Assembly (NCBI RefSeq): GCF_000002075.1
Contig: NW_004797502.1
Coordinates: 64,998 to 128,997 of the forward strand
Length of the DNA stretch: 64,000 nt
Source of the DNA: Aplysia californica
Taxonomy: Eukaryota
Direction of reading: 5' to 3'
The notes below the pieces were generated by a model. That model saw only the letters and a list, made by a program, of their open reading frames with translations. It had not been told where the DNA came from and made no database searches. This document shows, piece after piece, positions 50,001 through 62,900 of this stretch. The number at the start of each line of letters is the position of its first letter. Positions within the stretch are counted from its first letter, which is position 1. Position numbers and translations under genes: made by a program.

Positions 50001-53000
50001 AGAGATTTACCTATCAGCAGCAGAATACTCAAGCCTTCTGTCAAAAAAGATGTATTATTTTATAGACAGAAACAAAGATTATTCCTGTAAGTGTTTTTAA
50101 GTGAGTGAACAAGTGAGTGAGTGTGTGTGTGTGTGGGTGCGCGCGTGTGTGTGTATGTGGGTATGTGTNNNNNNNNNNNNNNNNNNNNNNNNNNNNNNNN
50201 NNNNNNNNNNNNNNNNNNNNNNNNNNNNNNNNNNNNNNNNNNNNNNNNNNNNNNNNNNNNNNNNNNNNNNNNNNNNNNNNNNNNNNNNNNNNNNNNNNNN
50301 NNNNNNNNNNNNNNNNNNNNNNNNNNNNNNNNNNNNNNNNNNNNNNNNNNNNNNNNNNNNNNNNNNNNNNNNNNNNNNNNNNNNNNNNNNNNNNNNNNNN
50401 NNNNNNNNNNNNNNGTGCATGTGCAGGTATATATTTATCAAAAGCACTTAATCCCTCTTACACATTGCCACATTACCAAAAACAAACACCTAGGTCCAAT
50501 ATAACCTGGACAAATTCAAAACAATACCAGTAGCAAAAACTACATCACTAACTCTCTCACTTCTCAGTTGATAACTAAAATCAATTCAAATAATCTTACG
50601 AGAAAAAATTAACTAAAATAAAGCAATAGGTGTGACAACTGTAAAGGTGTTTTTTTTTTAAGCAAGAAAAGAAAAAAGCAAGTTTTCACATTAAAATAAT
50701 GGTTATTCATTTTCCACTTCATTACACTAACCTGGAGTGCATGAAACCTGCTCTGTTGGAATGTTTGAAGCTCCACTAGTGGGCAGCTAGAGAACAAAAG
50801 AATAAAATTAGTGGGCCGGAAACATTTACAAAATCACAGGTGAACAAACAAAGCTCATAAATTACATTCATACATGTACAAAAAGAACTTCATATTAGAT
50901 CCTTTGAGATGGACAGGAACCATTGTGACAAGGCAGCAAGGAAACTGTCAAATTTTGACAGGAAACAGAATAAAAAAATGACAGTAGTAAAAAGGAGTAA
51001 ATCACATCAGACAGCCAGCCCACCACCAATAATGTGCTCTATGGAAGGAAATCTGTATAAATTGTCTAATACAAAACAAGGACAGTCACAAAGTCATCAG
51101 TGACATCTCTAAAACAACTGTGCTACACTGAAGCAAGCATAGAATACTTCTTATCTGGCTGTCAATCAAAATCAATGATGAATGTGACTGTGATTGAATT
51201 CAGACGAGAATGTTTATTGGCCACAAGGCCTGCTTCGGATCTGCAATATCTTCCGTATTTTAGAACTTAAAAGTCTGATTGTGATGACCTGCAATGTTTG
51301 ATGTTGTGAGAGTTTATCATAGCATTAACACTTTGCCCCCATAGGACGCTGATTGATGTGTGATATAGCAACAAAAATAAAATAGCAATGATCTCCTTTT
51401 TGACATGCGCACTTGTTTATGAATGGTTTGTGTGGCCCTTAAGGTCGAAAATTAGTATTTTTCCAACAATGGGAGTAATTTTTCTTTAAATGTCTAGTAC
51501 ACCTGGCATGAGTACTGCTTTACATTTATACCATATTGAAAATTCAGGTGATGAATGAGCTAGATCTATTGTATTATTGTTTTCAATCTTGGTGAAAATG
51601 AGATCATCACATATAATTTTCTCATTATGCTGAAAATTTTATATAATTGGGTATTTTTTGCATCCTGGTCCATGGGGACGAAGGTTGTGAGCTTTTCACA
51701 TTTCATGGAAGCAAAGGGTTAAAAAAGTCTCACCTGGGACAGAACTGAGCTACATCCAGAAGCCGAAGTTGATGATAAAGAAGAGGACAAAGAGGTGTTG
51801 GCCGATGCTGGGAGCCCGGCAGTGCTGAACAAAGCCGTGCCAGAAGAAGAAGCGTCTGATGCTGGAACAGTCACAGCCCTCGTCACCAATTGTCTCCGAA
51901 TACGGATACATGAATCCGGCTCCAGGGAGCAGTTGCGGTGAAAAAGACCTCTGCAGAGAACATGGTGGGAATTTGGGGGGTTTTTTAAAGTTTTTATTAA
52001 GAGTTTTGCGGCACCTTCAAGACAATTAGGTCATATAAGTGCTGAAGATGAGAGATTAGAGACAAGAGAGTAGCATACAAAGAAAAAAAAGGAGAGAGAT
52101 TTATAAGGATGATAGTTTGATAGAAAAGAAGGTGCAAACCACACCAGAGTGCCCGTCACCCACTTGAAGTATAGATTGAGCTATAATAATTGTACCACTC
52201 TGCATAAACAATCAAAGTTTTTTGTCATCAACATTAATGTTTCCACGATTTCATGTAAAAAAAACAAAAAAACTTTTATCAAAGAACAGGTCAAGGAGGA
52301 TGGAGGGGGTGGCAGGGGGAGGGGAAAGAGACAAAAAAATATAACACAGTAAGCTGGCCATTCCATGAAAAGCAGTACCACAGTAACAAACGTAATACAG
52401 AAATGAGGGACCTGCTGAAAAAAAAATGTAAGAAGTGGCAGAGCCATTCTTTCTTTTTTGGGGAGGGGGGGGGGGGGGTAGAGTTGCCTTTCAAAAATTC
52501 TTTATTTTTGGGGGGTAGAGGATGGTTGCCTTTAAAAAAAAAGAATAAAGAAAGAGACAATGGCGCTATCAGCACTAAAAATATTTTTCACTATATTTAC
52601 CATCATATTCATAAAAATGGCAACACATCTTCTGACAAAATCTTTAAACAAACAACTCACAAGGCTTCCATGACAGAAAACTGCTGCACGCGCAGGGCCT
52701 CCCCCAGCAGATCCGCGCCACAGTAGACCATGTGTGGGTTGTTTTCATCATAGAGTTTCCTCTCCTGAATGTACTCCTGGACCAGTCCAATGATCTGACC
52801 ATACACGATAATAATAATAATAATATAACAATGATGATGGTGATAATAATAATAACAATTACAACAATAACAACAGTAATAACAGTAACAACAACAACCA
52901 CAATCATAATAATAATGATAATAATAATGGATAATTTCTTTAGCACCCACTCCAATAAAATACAGCTCTACGCACTTCCGAATACCTTCATCTTGACGCA

Positions 53001-53456
53001 AAACTTAGTCTTAGTTTTAGTAGAGGTTTTACAGCACTTGCAACACAATACAGTCATAAAAGTGCTGAACATAAGATTGTTTGTTTTAGTAGAGGTTTTT
53101 CGGCGCTCGCAACTGCGTAAGGTCATATGAGCACCAGAAGATTAGAGGTGTTACAAGCAAGTACCGTAACAAACATAAAAAAGAAGGAGGGTAGATAAGG
53201 ATGATAGGTGTTTCATAGGAAAGAAGGAGCAGACCACACCAGAGCACCCGCCAACCACCCTCCCGAACATAAGAGGTGTTACAAGAGAGTAACAAACACA
53301 AAAAAGGAGGAGAGATCAGGACGGCAGATGTTTGGTAGGAAAGAAGGAGCAATCCACACCACAGCACCCGCCTACTACCCACAACAATGAGATGATGATG
53401 ATGATAATAATAACAACTACAACAATTACAACAGTAATAACAACAACCACAAAAAC

Positions 53457-53487
<31 letters not shown>

Positions 53488-55610
53488 GATAATTTCTTTA
53501 GCACCCACTCCGGTAAAATACAGCTCTATGCACTTCAGAATACCTTCATCTTGACGCAAAACTAAAAGTGAAGGAACATGATGCATACATGCTATCTCTA
53601 TATTATATCAGCTTTAACACTTAAGCAGACACAGCAAAATCTATGATAGGATGCACATCACATTATGAACATAAGAATGCCAGGAATAAGAAGGACTACA
53701 TGTATTATAAATGTAGGAAAACAATTTAAGCAAGAGACAAAAGACATTTATTATGACAGACTAAACCAAGTGTTCCATTCATCTACACTAGACATGACTT
53801 TGTTTAGCACAAAAGTAAAGACAGGCTTATACACTGTAATGCAGGGACCAGTCGCTAGACATTTTGGCATGTTCACGGACACACCTAGTAGTACTGAGGA
53901 CCCTTTTTCAACACTGTCGCAAATCATTTGACGCAAATATTCAAGCCAATCAGTTTGTAATTTAACAACTAGTTTCACCTTTCTAACAAGATATAGGGTA
54001 AACTATTTTCAAGGAGTAGTCACAGTCAAAGAGCGAGTAATACACACTAAACATTACAACTGAACTAAAAACTAAACAAACAAATAAAAGCCATGATTTT
54101 TTAAGTGTATGCTTTCTTTGCTGCATTGTTTTGCTCCTTTTTATTATTGTAATTTAAATTATTTCAAAGTATGAGGATCGGTGGATCAGTCCTCACTTCC
54201 TACCTCTTTCAAAGTGTATGTTTCTCCAATGCCCCCTGCGAGCTGTAACACTTTCAGTAAGGCAGGACGAGGTCGCAACTGAAGATAAAATTTATTATCT
54301 TTTTTATGAAAGAGAAGTACGCCAACACATGAACAGTCAATCTATGTTGAAAAAAGGAAGAAAGATAAGCTGAAAATCAGAGAAAAGAAACTATGTAAGA
54401 CTTACCAGTGGTGCCCTTCAACCACCCAACCCCCCCCCTAAAAAAACCCAAATAATTTATCATGAAACCACTAATGCGGACTTAAGAGTACTCTCCTTCC
54501 AGTCACACATCAGGTCCTATTAAAATAAAAAAGCGGTGAACACCACAAATATCTCTAAAGTGAAAGGTTTCTTTCGGCACATTTGATTTTTACAGCAAGT
54601 AACCAGGGTATACAACTTGAAAGTTGACATTGTTCAGAATTATACAAAAGTATAGTTGAAAACGTTCAAGACAGCCACATTTTGTCAAAGAAAAAAATAC
54701 AAGAGGCAAGTTGTAAGTAGAAGAGACAGAAATTGATGTACAGAAAAGTGAGAGGCCATCCCAGGATGGAGAAAAGTGAAAGGTGTTTGTTCGTGGCCTA
54801 TACCCTGATGATGGTGAGAAAGGCAATGATGATGATGAATTGGGAAGTGGTCATTTTTGTGCAGGTGATTGTGTCCTTGACAGGCGGCCGCTAGAACAGC
54901 TTCGGCTGTGCTTATGACAATCCTTTAAAAAAAAAAACCAAAGAAAAAACACTATAAAATAAAGACAGGGGAACATCATGCTGAAGTGGTACAGAGACCA
55001 AAAACTTTTATTCTCGTTGAATTTTCCTCGAACAGCAAACTCTGGCCAGTCTGATTTTCATCCCCATATTGTTTTAATAAGTGTTAGTAAAAGTTTTCAG
55101 CACTAGCAACAAACATAATTAGGTCAAATAAGTGACAAATATTAGAAGTGTTACAAGGGAGTAACTTACAAAGAAAAGAAGTTGGGAGAGATAAGGACAT
55201 TGAAAGTTGAATACGAAAGAAGGCTCAAATCACATCAGTGCGTTCACCAACCCCCCAACTTCAAACAAATCAGACAAGAAGTTTTACCTGCTTTTGATAT
55301 ATCTGTCCTCTCTTTTACCTCCCATAACCCTTCAAGTGCTCAAGATCGAAACACAGCGTCATTTATCACTTACCATGGGCACACGAACAGTAGTGGTCTT
55401 CTCTTCCAAAACATACTGTGTAGTGGGAGTGGTGGTAGGGACTGTGTCGCTGCTGCCACAAGAAGACGGCAATGATGACGTGTGGGCGGCTGCCACAGTT
55501 ACCGTGGTAGAAAGAGGTGACTGAACCTGGATCCGGGACACAGATGGGGAACCTCCGTCGATAAGAGGCTGGGCAGAGCCCTCTGGTATTGGTGCTCTGC
55601 CCGTCTCCAT
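47080..55610 (-). CDS. MDM2: MDM2/MDM4-family p53 regulator, 3'-incomplete (SWIB/p53-binding domain, Ser-rich linker, NLS)
   Basis: Exons 55610-55374, 54278-54204, 52794-52661, 51950-51734, 50786-50732, 49962-49778, 48954-48885, 47231-47080; GT-AG introns, phase-consistent (375 codons). LRPRPALLKVLQLAGGIGETYTLKE|IIGLVQEYIQERKLYDENNPHMVYCGADLLGEALRVQQFSV aligns to the MDM2 p53-binding domain. NLS KRKDRKRKS; RRRSTSVS..DE..GPW resembles the post-NLS/Trp motif. The last two exons are less certain. Confidence 0.85.
47560..48423. mobile_element. Probable DNA transposon end within an MDM2 intron
   Basis: Dense ccgac/gtcgg repeats ending in gattgtcggcaaACA (TGT terminus on the minus strand), preceded by tctaga arrays. 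Confidence 0.4.
48430..48760 (-). mobile_element. tRNA-derived SINE family B (diverged)
   Basis: Reverse-complement similarity to 31273-31565 and 11880-12221. Confidence 0.7.
52806..53565. repeat. Local duplication of an (AAT/AAC)n unit plus ~80 bp, flanking SINE-C fragments
   Basis: atggataatttctttagcacccactcc...ttcatcttgacgcaaaact occurs at ~52927-53005 and again at ~53485-53562. Confidence 0.85.
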
Positions 55611-57939
55611 CTGCCTCTTTCTTTTCAACAGGTTACACTATTCAAGAAATAACAATGTAACTGAAAAATTTGATGAAAATGTTAAGGATCCTTCTAATCA
55701 GGGTGGAGTTGCAAATTGTTTCTATCCTCATTTGTAGTGCAACAACCCTTGTACAAAACATATATAAGCTTGTACATAAATTTTTCAATTCTATTTCGTC
55801 TTGTAATAAAATATAGATCTACCATACTTCTTGATTCTTTACACATAAGGACAATTTGAACATTTAATTAAATTTTTCATTCCTAAGCGAAGAAAAATTA
55901 GGCGTTAAAAATTAAAATAATAAAATTATATTATTACTCCTAAGGCACTGTACCATCATTTTTCTTAAATATTACTTACAAATTCATAAATACTATACAC
56001 ACGTAATTGACTCTATACACTTGACAAGAGTAAAAGAACGAGTAACGGCAGAAAAACCCCGAGGTTTTGTTTGTTTTTTAGTAAGAGTTTTACGGCATTT
56101 GCTGAATTTGCAACACAATAAGGCCATAAGTGCCGAAGATTAGAGGTGTTACAAAGAGAGTTGTGTGTAGGAAGAAGAGAGGTATTAACCCATTACTATT
56201 AAAGAAAAGGAGCATAAATGACAACCCAGACCATTTTTACAATAAAATCAAAGAAAAGTTAAAACAAACCTACTTTACCCATTAAAATGCAAACGCAGTT
56301 TGGGAATCTGAACCCATCTAAACTAAAACTAGCATGCATAGTAGAGGCTCAACAAAGTTGAAAGAATAGCGTTTACTAAAAATGAATGGAAGTTCAACGA
56401 TAAAGGCTTTTAAGAAATCCTTGTCATTTTGTCAGTTTCATAAAATGTAACATAAATTGCACAGAGTGACAGCCAGTAGACAAAACAAACAATACAATGG
56501 AAACCCAAGTTCGGTTCCAGAACACAGAACCAGCAGCTAAACATATAAACTTTAAAAAATCCATTTGTTAGCAAAATTAAATGTCTAGCATAAAATTTAA
56601 AAAGGACTTACAATTAATCTGACATTCTCTGTCATGACTATTTAAAATTCAACAGCACAACTGAAACAACTGAGTGATGAATTGTAGCACAGCGATCACA
56701 ACAACTGCTCGTTAAGTCTGTTCGAAGAACAGAAACCACAAAGAAAAAATTTGGAGGGAAAGAAGCAGATTCTCTTGCATTGCATTTCATAAGTTCTAAA
56801 ATTAGAAGCGGATGTGCATACCGGAAACACATGGGAGTGGTATCTGCCTTGTTCTCCCATGTTATTAATCCCCTTGACGCCTCTGTGGAGGTAACCACCA
56901 CATCCACAACCCCCCTCTCTTTTTCACTTTGACCTCCTAACACAAAGAAGGATGCCAGGCATGCCACCAGTTGTGAACACCAAAGACCAGTGACCGCCAT
57001 AAACTCATAAAGGTTATAAGTCACATTGAACCATTTAACTTGAACACGGCTCTGCTCAAGCAAAAAATGAGCCCATAGTCCATACAATAAAATACAAAAA
57101 GTTGTGAAGAGAATTGAGTGTGGTGAACTTAACAAATATCATATGTTCAAAATGTAGGCCTACTGTTTCTAATTTTTTTTTAGGAACAAATTGTATTTTT
57201 TTTCTGAAGAAAGAGTCTTGACCTCCGAAACTAGTAACGGTAAATTCATGGCCATCCCATTTATATAATATAACTTTTCCAGGTTTTAAGCATACATTTC
57301 AAAATTATTCTTTTACTTTCCCTCCCGTCTCACACCTAGCGGTCCATTCTCTACAATATATTGACGCGTTGAACACGAATATCGACTTCATTTCCATGGC
57401 AAATGAATAGTTTTAAAAACAAGTCAGACATGAAGTTATAGGACCTCGCTTTGATATGATCTGCCCTCTTTTACCTCCCATATAGCCCTTCAAGTGCTCA
57501 AGATCGAAACACAGCGTCACTTATCACATACCATGGGCACACGAATACTTTTAAAAACTTTTTTTTTAAAGTATTTAAATTTATTTATAAATATGGTTTT
57601 TGATCGAGCTATTATCACACTATATCACAAGCTTAGTGACTAAACCTACCTAATCCTAATATCATATTGCGTTGTAATTTCCGCACTTTGGAGCTATGGG
57701 GGGGTCAGTGGGATTACAGCTTGTTGATGTATTGCAGTTAAGTTGAAATTTTCTTGAAAATTGTTGGTTTGTGACAATTTTAGTGCCTATAGGCTAATGC
57801 GTGATCTGTGCAGCAAAAAATACTGCAGTTTGACCCCCAAAGCAGGGCATGTGAGGGAGTGAAAACAAATATTTACCAAAAATTTAAAAAGTAGTAAAGT
57901 TGTTCCCGCATCTGATCCAGACATAATGGAGGTTGCCTT

Positions 57940-58160
57940 GTTAGTGAGACAACTTCCTGGGCCTTCGGCATATATATTGTAGTAGGGTGGCCAGTTCCTT
58001 TCAACGCCCCCTTTACTTCCCCAACTCGAATTCAGGAAGGCCTAACCATTACTGCTGGATGGGCAGGAGGGGGCGAAAAAAAATCTGTGTCCGAACAGAG
58101 GCTCGAACCCGGACTTTCCGCTTTGGAAATGAGCGCACCAACCGCTCCGCTACCGCACCC
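57940..58160 (-). mobile_element. tRNA-derived SINE head and body (another family)
   Basis: Minus strand gggtgcggtagcggagcggttgg...gggttcgagcc provides A and B boxes. It does not form a tRNA acceptor stem. Confidence 0.55.
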
Positions 58161-58283
58161 TAAAAAAAAATCTAGTATGGTACATCAAGTAATTAAAAAA
58201 TAATAGCCTATTGAATCGGGAATGACAAAGGATTTTTTTTTCCCATTAAAAGCAAGGCAAATGAACAATCTTTTTTTTCCCCG

Positions 58284-58460
58284 GAGTTTTACAGCTCTCG
58301 CAACTGCATAAGGTCATATAAGAGCGCGCGGGACACACCAAACATTTTGAATTGGCAGGAAATTTTGAATTTTGCCTGGGTGGCGGCGCGGCCGAAGCCT
58401 ACCTACTCTTATCATTTTAGACCAAGGAATCTTTAACGAGCGCAACTTGCACACAGGCCC
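58284..58460 (-). mobile_element. SINE family A 3' fragment
   Basis: Matches 38028-38200. Confidence 0.7.
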
Positions 58461-58942
58461 TAATCACAGAAGACAGAAGACGATAGCCTATAGATTCTAA
58501 ATAGAAGAAGTCTAGATATATGGTATTTTTTATAGAAAAGCCCTCCCGTTTCGCGTCACATCTACTAGATCTACTTGAAGTCAGCTCCTTCACCACTTTA
58601 GTGCCGTCGGATATACGAATAAGGTCAGTTTTTTTAGTTGGCTAAGTTTTAGGCTTTTTTTTTTTATAATGCATGCTTTTATAGTCATTAGGGAGGGTTT
58701 CAGGGGGTGTCCCCCTGACAAGCGAGAACGTAATAGCTGTGTGTGTAGTAGGGCGGGCAGGCAGGGTCTCCCCCCTGAAATAATGTGCCGTAACATCTAA
58801 CAATTTGCGACGTTTTTCAATGCCAATTTCGCGTTCGGGGCCCTAAAAAGCTACAAAATAATACCATTTCTGAGATGGGAGGCTATAAATTTACCATCTA
58901 GATATCTAGATCTAGATCTCTAGACTAGATTTCTATTCTTAC

Positions 58943-59100
58943 CGCAGAATGTTGTTGGTGATTGGGCGGGTTCAACTCGAACACCTCATCAGCTCACGAG
59001 AAGAAAGTCAAGAAAGTAAAGTAGGTCTTGGCTATACGTAAAAAGGCGCTGCTGGGCTGGGCCTCCCGATGGAAATTTTCAGCAGAAGAATTGCAGCATG
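58943..59100 (-). other. Probable non-coding first exon of the MDM2-family gene
   Basis: GC-richer segment ending in a strong donor (ctgcg|GTAAGA at 58943/58942); contains only short uORFs. The 5' boundary is approximate. Confidence 0.55.
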
Positions 59101-59231
59101 GTCTAAATATAAATACAGTCTACATAAATGAGCGCAAAATATTAACAAGCCACGTGATCTTTTGTGTTGAACCCCTGGCTCCAACCAAATGAAAGCAGAT
59201 CAGTTCCTAAACAAAAGTAAAACAGAAAGCT

Positions 59232-59251
59232 GGACGTGTCCGGACTTGTTT
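59232..59251. promoter_or_regulatory. Candidate p53-family response element in the MDM2/LAS1L divergent promoter
   Basis: GGACGTGTCC-GGACTTGTTT: two abutting decamers, 19/20 match to RRRCWWGYYY x2. Confidence 0.65.
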
Positions 59252-59944
59252 CAACGCAGCAAGGGGAATGCTTGGGAAACGGGAAGTGATCGAGCAGCAT
59301 TGGAGGGAAACCCCTAGTTTTGTTGGTATTTCCTGACCCAATTATAATGTTTCTATCAGTCTATTTATATCTTCAAACAAGCAAGGTTGCGTCCACTGAG
59401 CCTGCTCCAGGCCGAAGTATGTCAAAGAATGAGATTTCAAAATAACAAAAGGGTGAGTATGTAATCACCTTTTTTAAAAATTGTTCACTTGTGGAAGCGG
59501 GTTGTTTATTTAGATCTCATCAAGGGGCTTAGAATCTCACCTAGAATCTAAAATTCGGTTTTGTAAGCCAAGCCAACACACTGTGGCCAAACTTACACCA
59601 TTTCTATACTGTCAAACTGCAGTCTGTCTATGCCCCTAGGCCTTAATTAGACTGGTATTGCCAGTTGCCAGCACGCGTTTTGTTAAAATTATGTAGCCTA
59701 GATAGATCTATTATATTTTTTTTTCTTTGTCTTTTTAGAAAACTGCAGTTCAATTTTAAATTATACTCTGCAATATATAAATATTCATTAACTTGTACTT
59801 TAAATGATACGGGAAAAAAGTGTAGTAGAGTTAAATACGAAGGCCTGGTCGTTGAATTATCAAATACAATTTTTGATCTCTAAAATCTGGCTAGTTTCAT
59901 TTCTTATTCTTTTTTTATAGGACAAAATTGTCAGCAGAATCAAG

Positions 59945-62900
59945 ATGGCAGCTCCCTTGATGTCGTTGCCTTCTTCTGGCAGTATCAAGCATGTAGTGCC
60001 GTGGCGATCACGGTATGCAATTACTTTTTTGTTTATTTTGATACAATACAGTCGAACCTGTGTAAGACGGCCACGCATTGTCAAGGAGAAAAGTGGCCGT
60101 ATAAGACAGGTGGCCGTCTTAGGCAGGATTGATTCTCTAGATGGCTGGATTGTACTTTAACTTTAATGTTTACTGGACCACCCATCTCGGTCCGTGAACT
60201 ACGCACGCCTAGCCTAACTACGCATTTATAGATCTAGTATCTAGTTCTCTACGTGCGGACAAAAGGTAGTTCCGCAGGCGACTTCATGCTTAGCGCAAGC
60301 CAGCGGCTAGGCGAGGTGAGCGAGAGGTGGTGGTTGAGGATGGGTAGGCGATTTAACTTTCGTGGACCACCGTGTATCATACCCAACGATAATAAAGAAA
60401 ACATGCAAATGCAAAATATGAGCGGACTATCATGTTTACGTATCAATGTTGTAACAACAGTGGGGGGTTTCAGGGGGTTAGCCCCTCAGGCAACAATAAT
60501 TTTAAAACACACACACAGACACACACATATATAGATAGATATATAGATCTAGATTTAGATCTAGATATTGCCCGTGGGTTGATAAAATAAAAGTGTTGGA
60601 CAAGTGCCAATTTTACAGTCAAATTATATTATTATATCTAATCTAGATCTAGATCTAGATCTAGATTTAAAAAACGCGAGGGGGGGGAAATCCGAAATGG
60701 AAAGTGGCCGTCATGGCAGGTTCGACTGTTCTTATTGTGACTTGCATTTATTATTTATAATAAAACACAAACTTTCGTGACGTTTGAGACCAAATTGCGG
60801 AGACCAAAATAGCCTGTTGAGTCTGCCATAAAAATAAGACAGGGAAGATCTAGAATCTAGATATATATCGAGATCTAGAATCTAGATCTAGATCGAATAT
60901 TATCTAACCTTTTATAAATTTTCTTTTATTCCTGACTTGTTAGAAGCTTTATATTGTCAGAATGAAAACAAAACGCCTCTGTCTTTCTACAGGAAGAGGA
61001 AGAAAACACTCTCAGGAAACTTTTTTTTCTTTTTGCCTGTGGCTATGCGTACGACCCTCCCGTAAATAGGTTGTTCTTTATATGGATTTTATTGACTGAA
61101 GGATTTTTTAACAATTGAAGATTTTTATTATATCAACAATAAATCAATGAAATGATTTCTTCAGCTATCTTTTTTATAGCCAAAGGCATAAAAGATTCTC
61201 AGACGAACATGCTAACATCGAAGCATGCGAAGAACCTACTCTTCCTCTACTCTACTTTGTTGTTACTTAGTTCAACTTGAACTGCTTAAAGTTTAAGGTG
61301 TATGTTGATGAAGCCTCAAGACGTGTTTTGAAAGTTTGTCCGCTTGTAGTGTCCGGTTTGTAAACAGCAATAATATGTGTGTGGCGTACAACAAAGACTA
61401 ACTTATTATGTGAACTGGAGGCCCGTATGCATAGACAGGCGCTCCACATTAGGATAATAATGCGTATGCATAGCTCTGCATGGATACGCATAGTAGCCAC
61501 TTTGTTTCTTTTTTGGCGTATAATTTAATTCATTTGACTCATTTAGTATTTACTGAAGAGGAACAGGGCATAATCTATTATTTTCTCCCATCTTCTCATC
61601 AACTGAGATATCGATCGTTGATAGCTCTTTTTCTTCTTGTTCTTTTTTTTCTATTTTATAGATCTGACTTTATGTTAGTCATAAATTGCAAGATTTTGAA
61701 ATATTTTGATGGGTTTTGTTGGACTAGCCTTCTTGTAGAAATCTACACTTTAAGCTTAATTAATGCATTAATTTTTCTCATGTTTTTACAAACTTGGGGA
61801 TTTGGGGGGGCGGGGGCATGACCTATGACTAAAAAGATCTTAGTTAGGGTGTACTTTGAGGGGGGGAGGGGGGGGGGGGCGGGGGGGGGCGGTGGTGTAT
61901 TTCCCTATAATTTTATAATTTGATGGTGATTTGCAAGTAAATTATTATTTGTTGAGATTCTCTTGAAAACAATGAATTTGTGACGGTTTAAGTGGCCTTA
62001 TCATATGTGTGCCCTGCGGTAAAAAATACAGCAGTTTAGTCCCCTAGTTAAAGCAGTACATGTATGTGGGGAGTAAAGCTAAAAATTTACCTTTTTTCCT
62101 AATTAATAGTAAAATAATACTGGCTTTACAAAATAAATGACTGAAAAATATGTCAAAATATTAAATGGCTTGTTGTCATTCATATATACTATGGCACAGG
62201 ATTAATTGAAATATTTAATGTTTGTTTGGTTCCTTTGTGTATCCTATGCTGCCTAATTGCACTTACTGACACTTGAGAATCCTGATAATCTGCAGCTGTC
62301 ATTTCCTAAGCAATTTTACTGAGCTACGGATCTTTTCCTTTGACTTTGTTGGGCCACAAACATCTTTGTTACTGGGTGACAAAACAGTCTGGTCTTCAAG
62401 GGGGGGAGTCCCCTATGTCTGTTTTGAGCTGGTCAGAAACATTATCGTACAGGCTGTGGAATATCCCAGTGTTATTAAATTACTTATTGTACTTTACCGT
62501 TTTGAAATTTGTTTTGTTCGTGTTTTTAATGCGCATTAGGTTTATGCAACTTCTAAATTTTCTGTACGTGAATCTTTAGAAAATAAAAAGAATTCTTTTC
62601 ATAAGAAAGAATGCTTGGATGAAGGTCTTTAGTATTTTTGTCCTGTTTTGTTTCATGAACTCATTTTAGTTCCTAATTTAAATGTAGTTGAATATGGAAA
62701 AAGAAGATTTCATTTTTTAAGAATACATCATTAAAAAAATGTTTGGTTATTAGGCAGGAATTCTTAGGCGTCTATGAGAACCTGTTCAATGAGGATGTGT
62801 CTCAACAAAATCAAGCCATCAACAGAATTGCCACTTGGAAGTCAAGGTAGGTCTTATGATTATGAAATTCATATATTTTCTACTGTGTTAGTTAAAATGA

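Noticed and set aside
52644-53586. ORFs rich in Ile/Val/Tyr/Cys
   Set aside because: Translations of (AAT/AAC)n microsatellites; only 52794-52661 is a real exon.
56638-57135. 165-aa minus-strand ORF in MDM2 intron 1
   Set aside because: Non-ATG start, no recognisable motif and no splice context.
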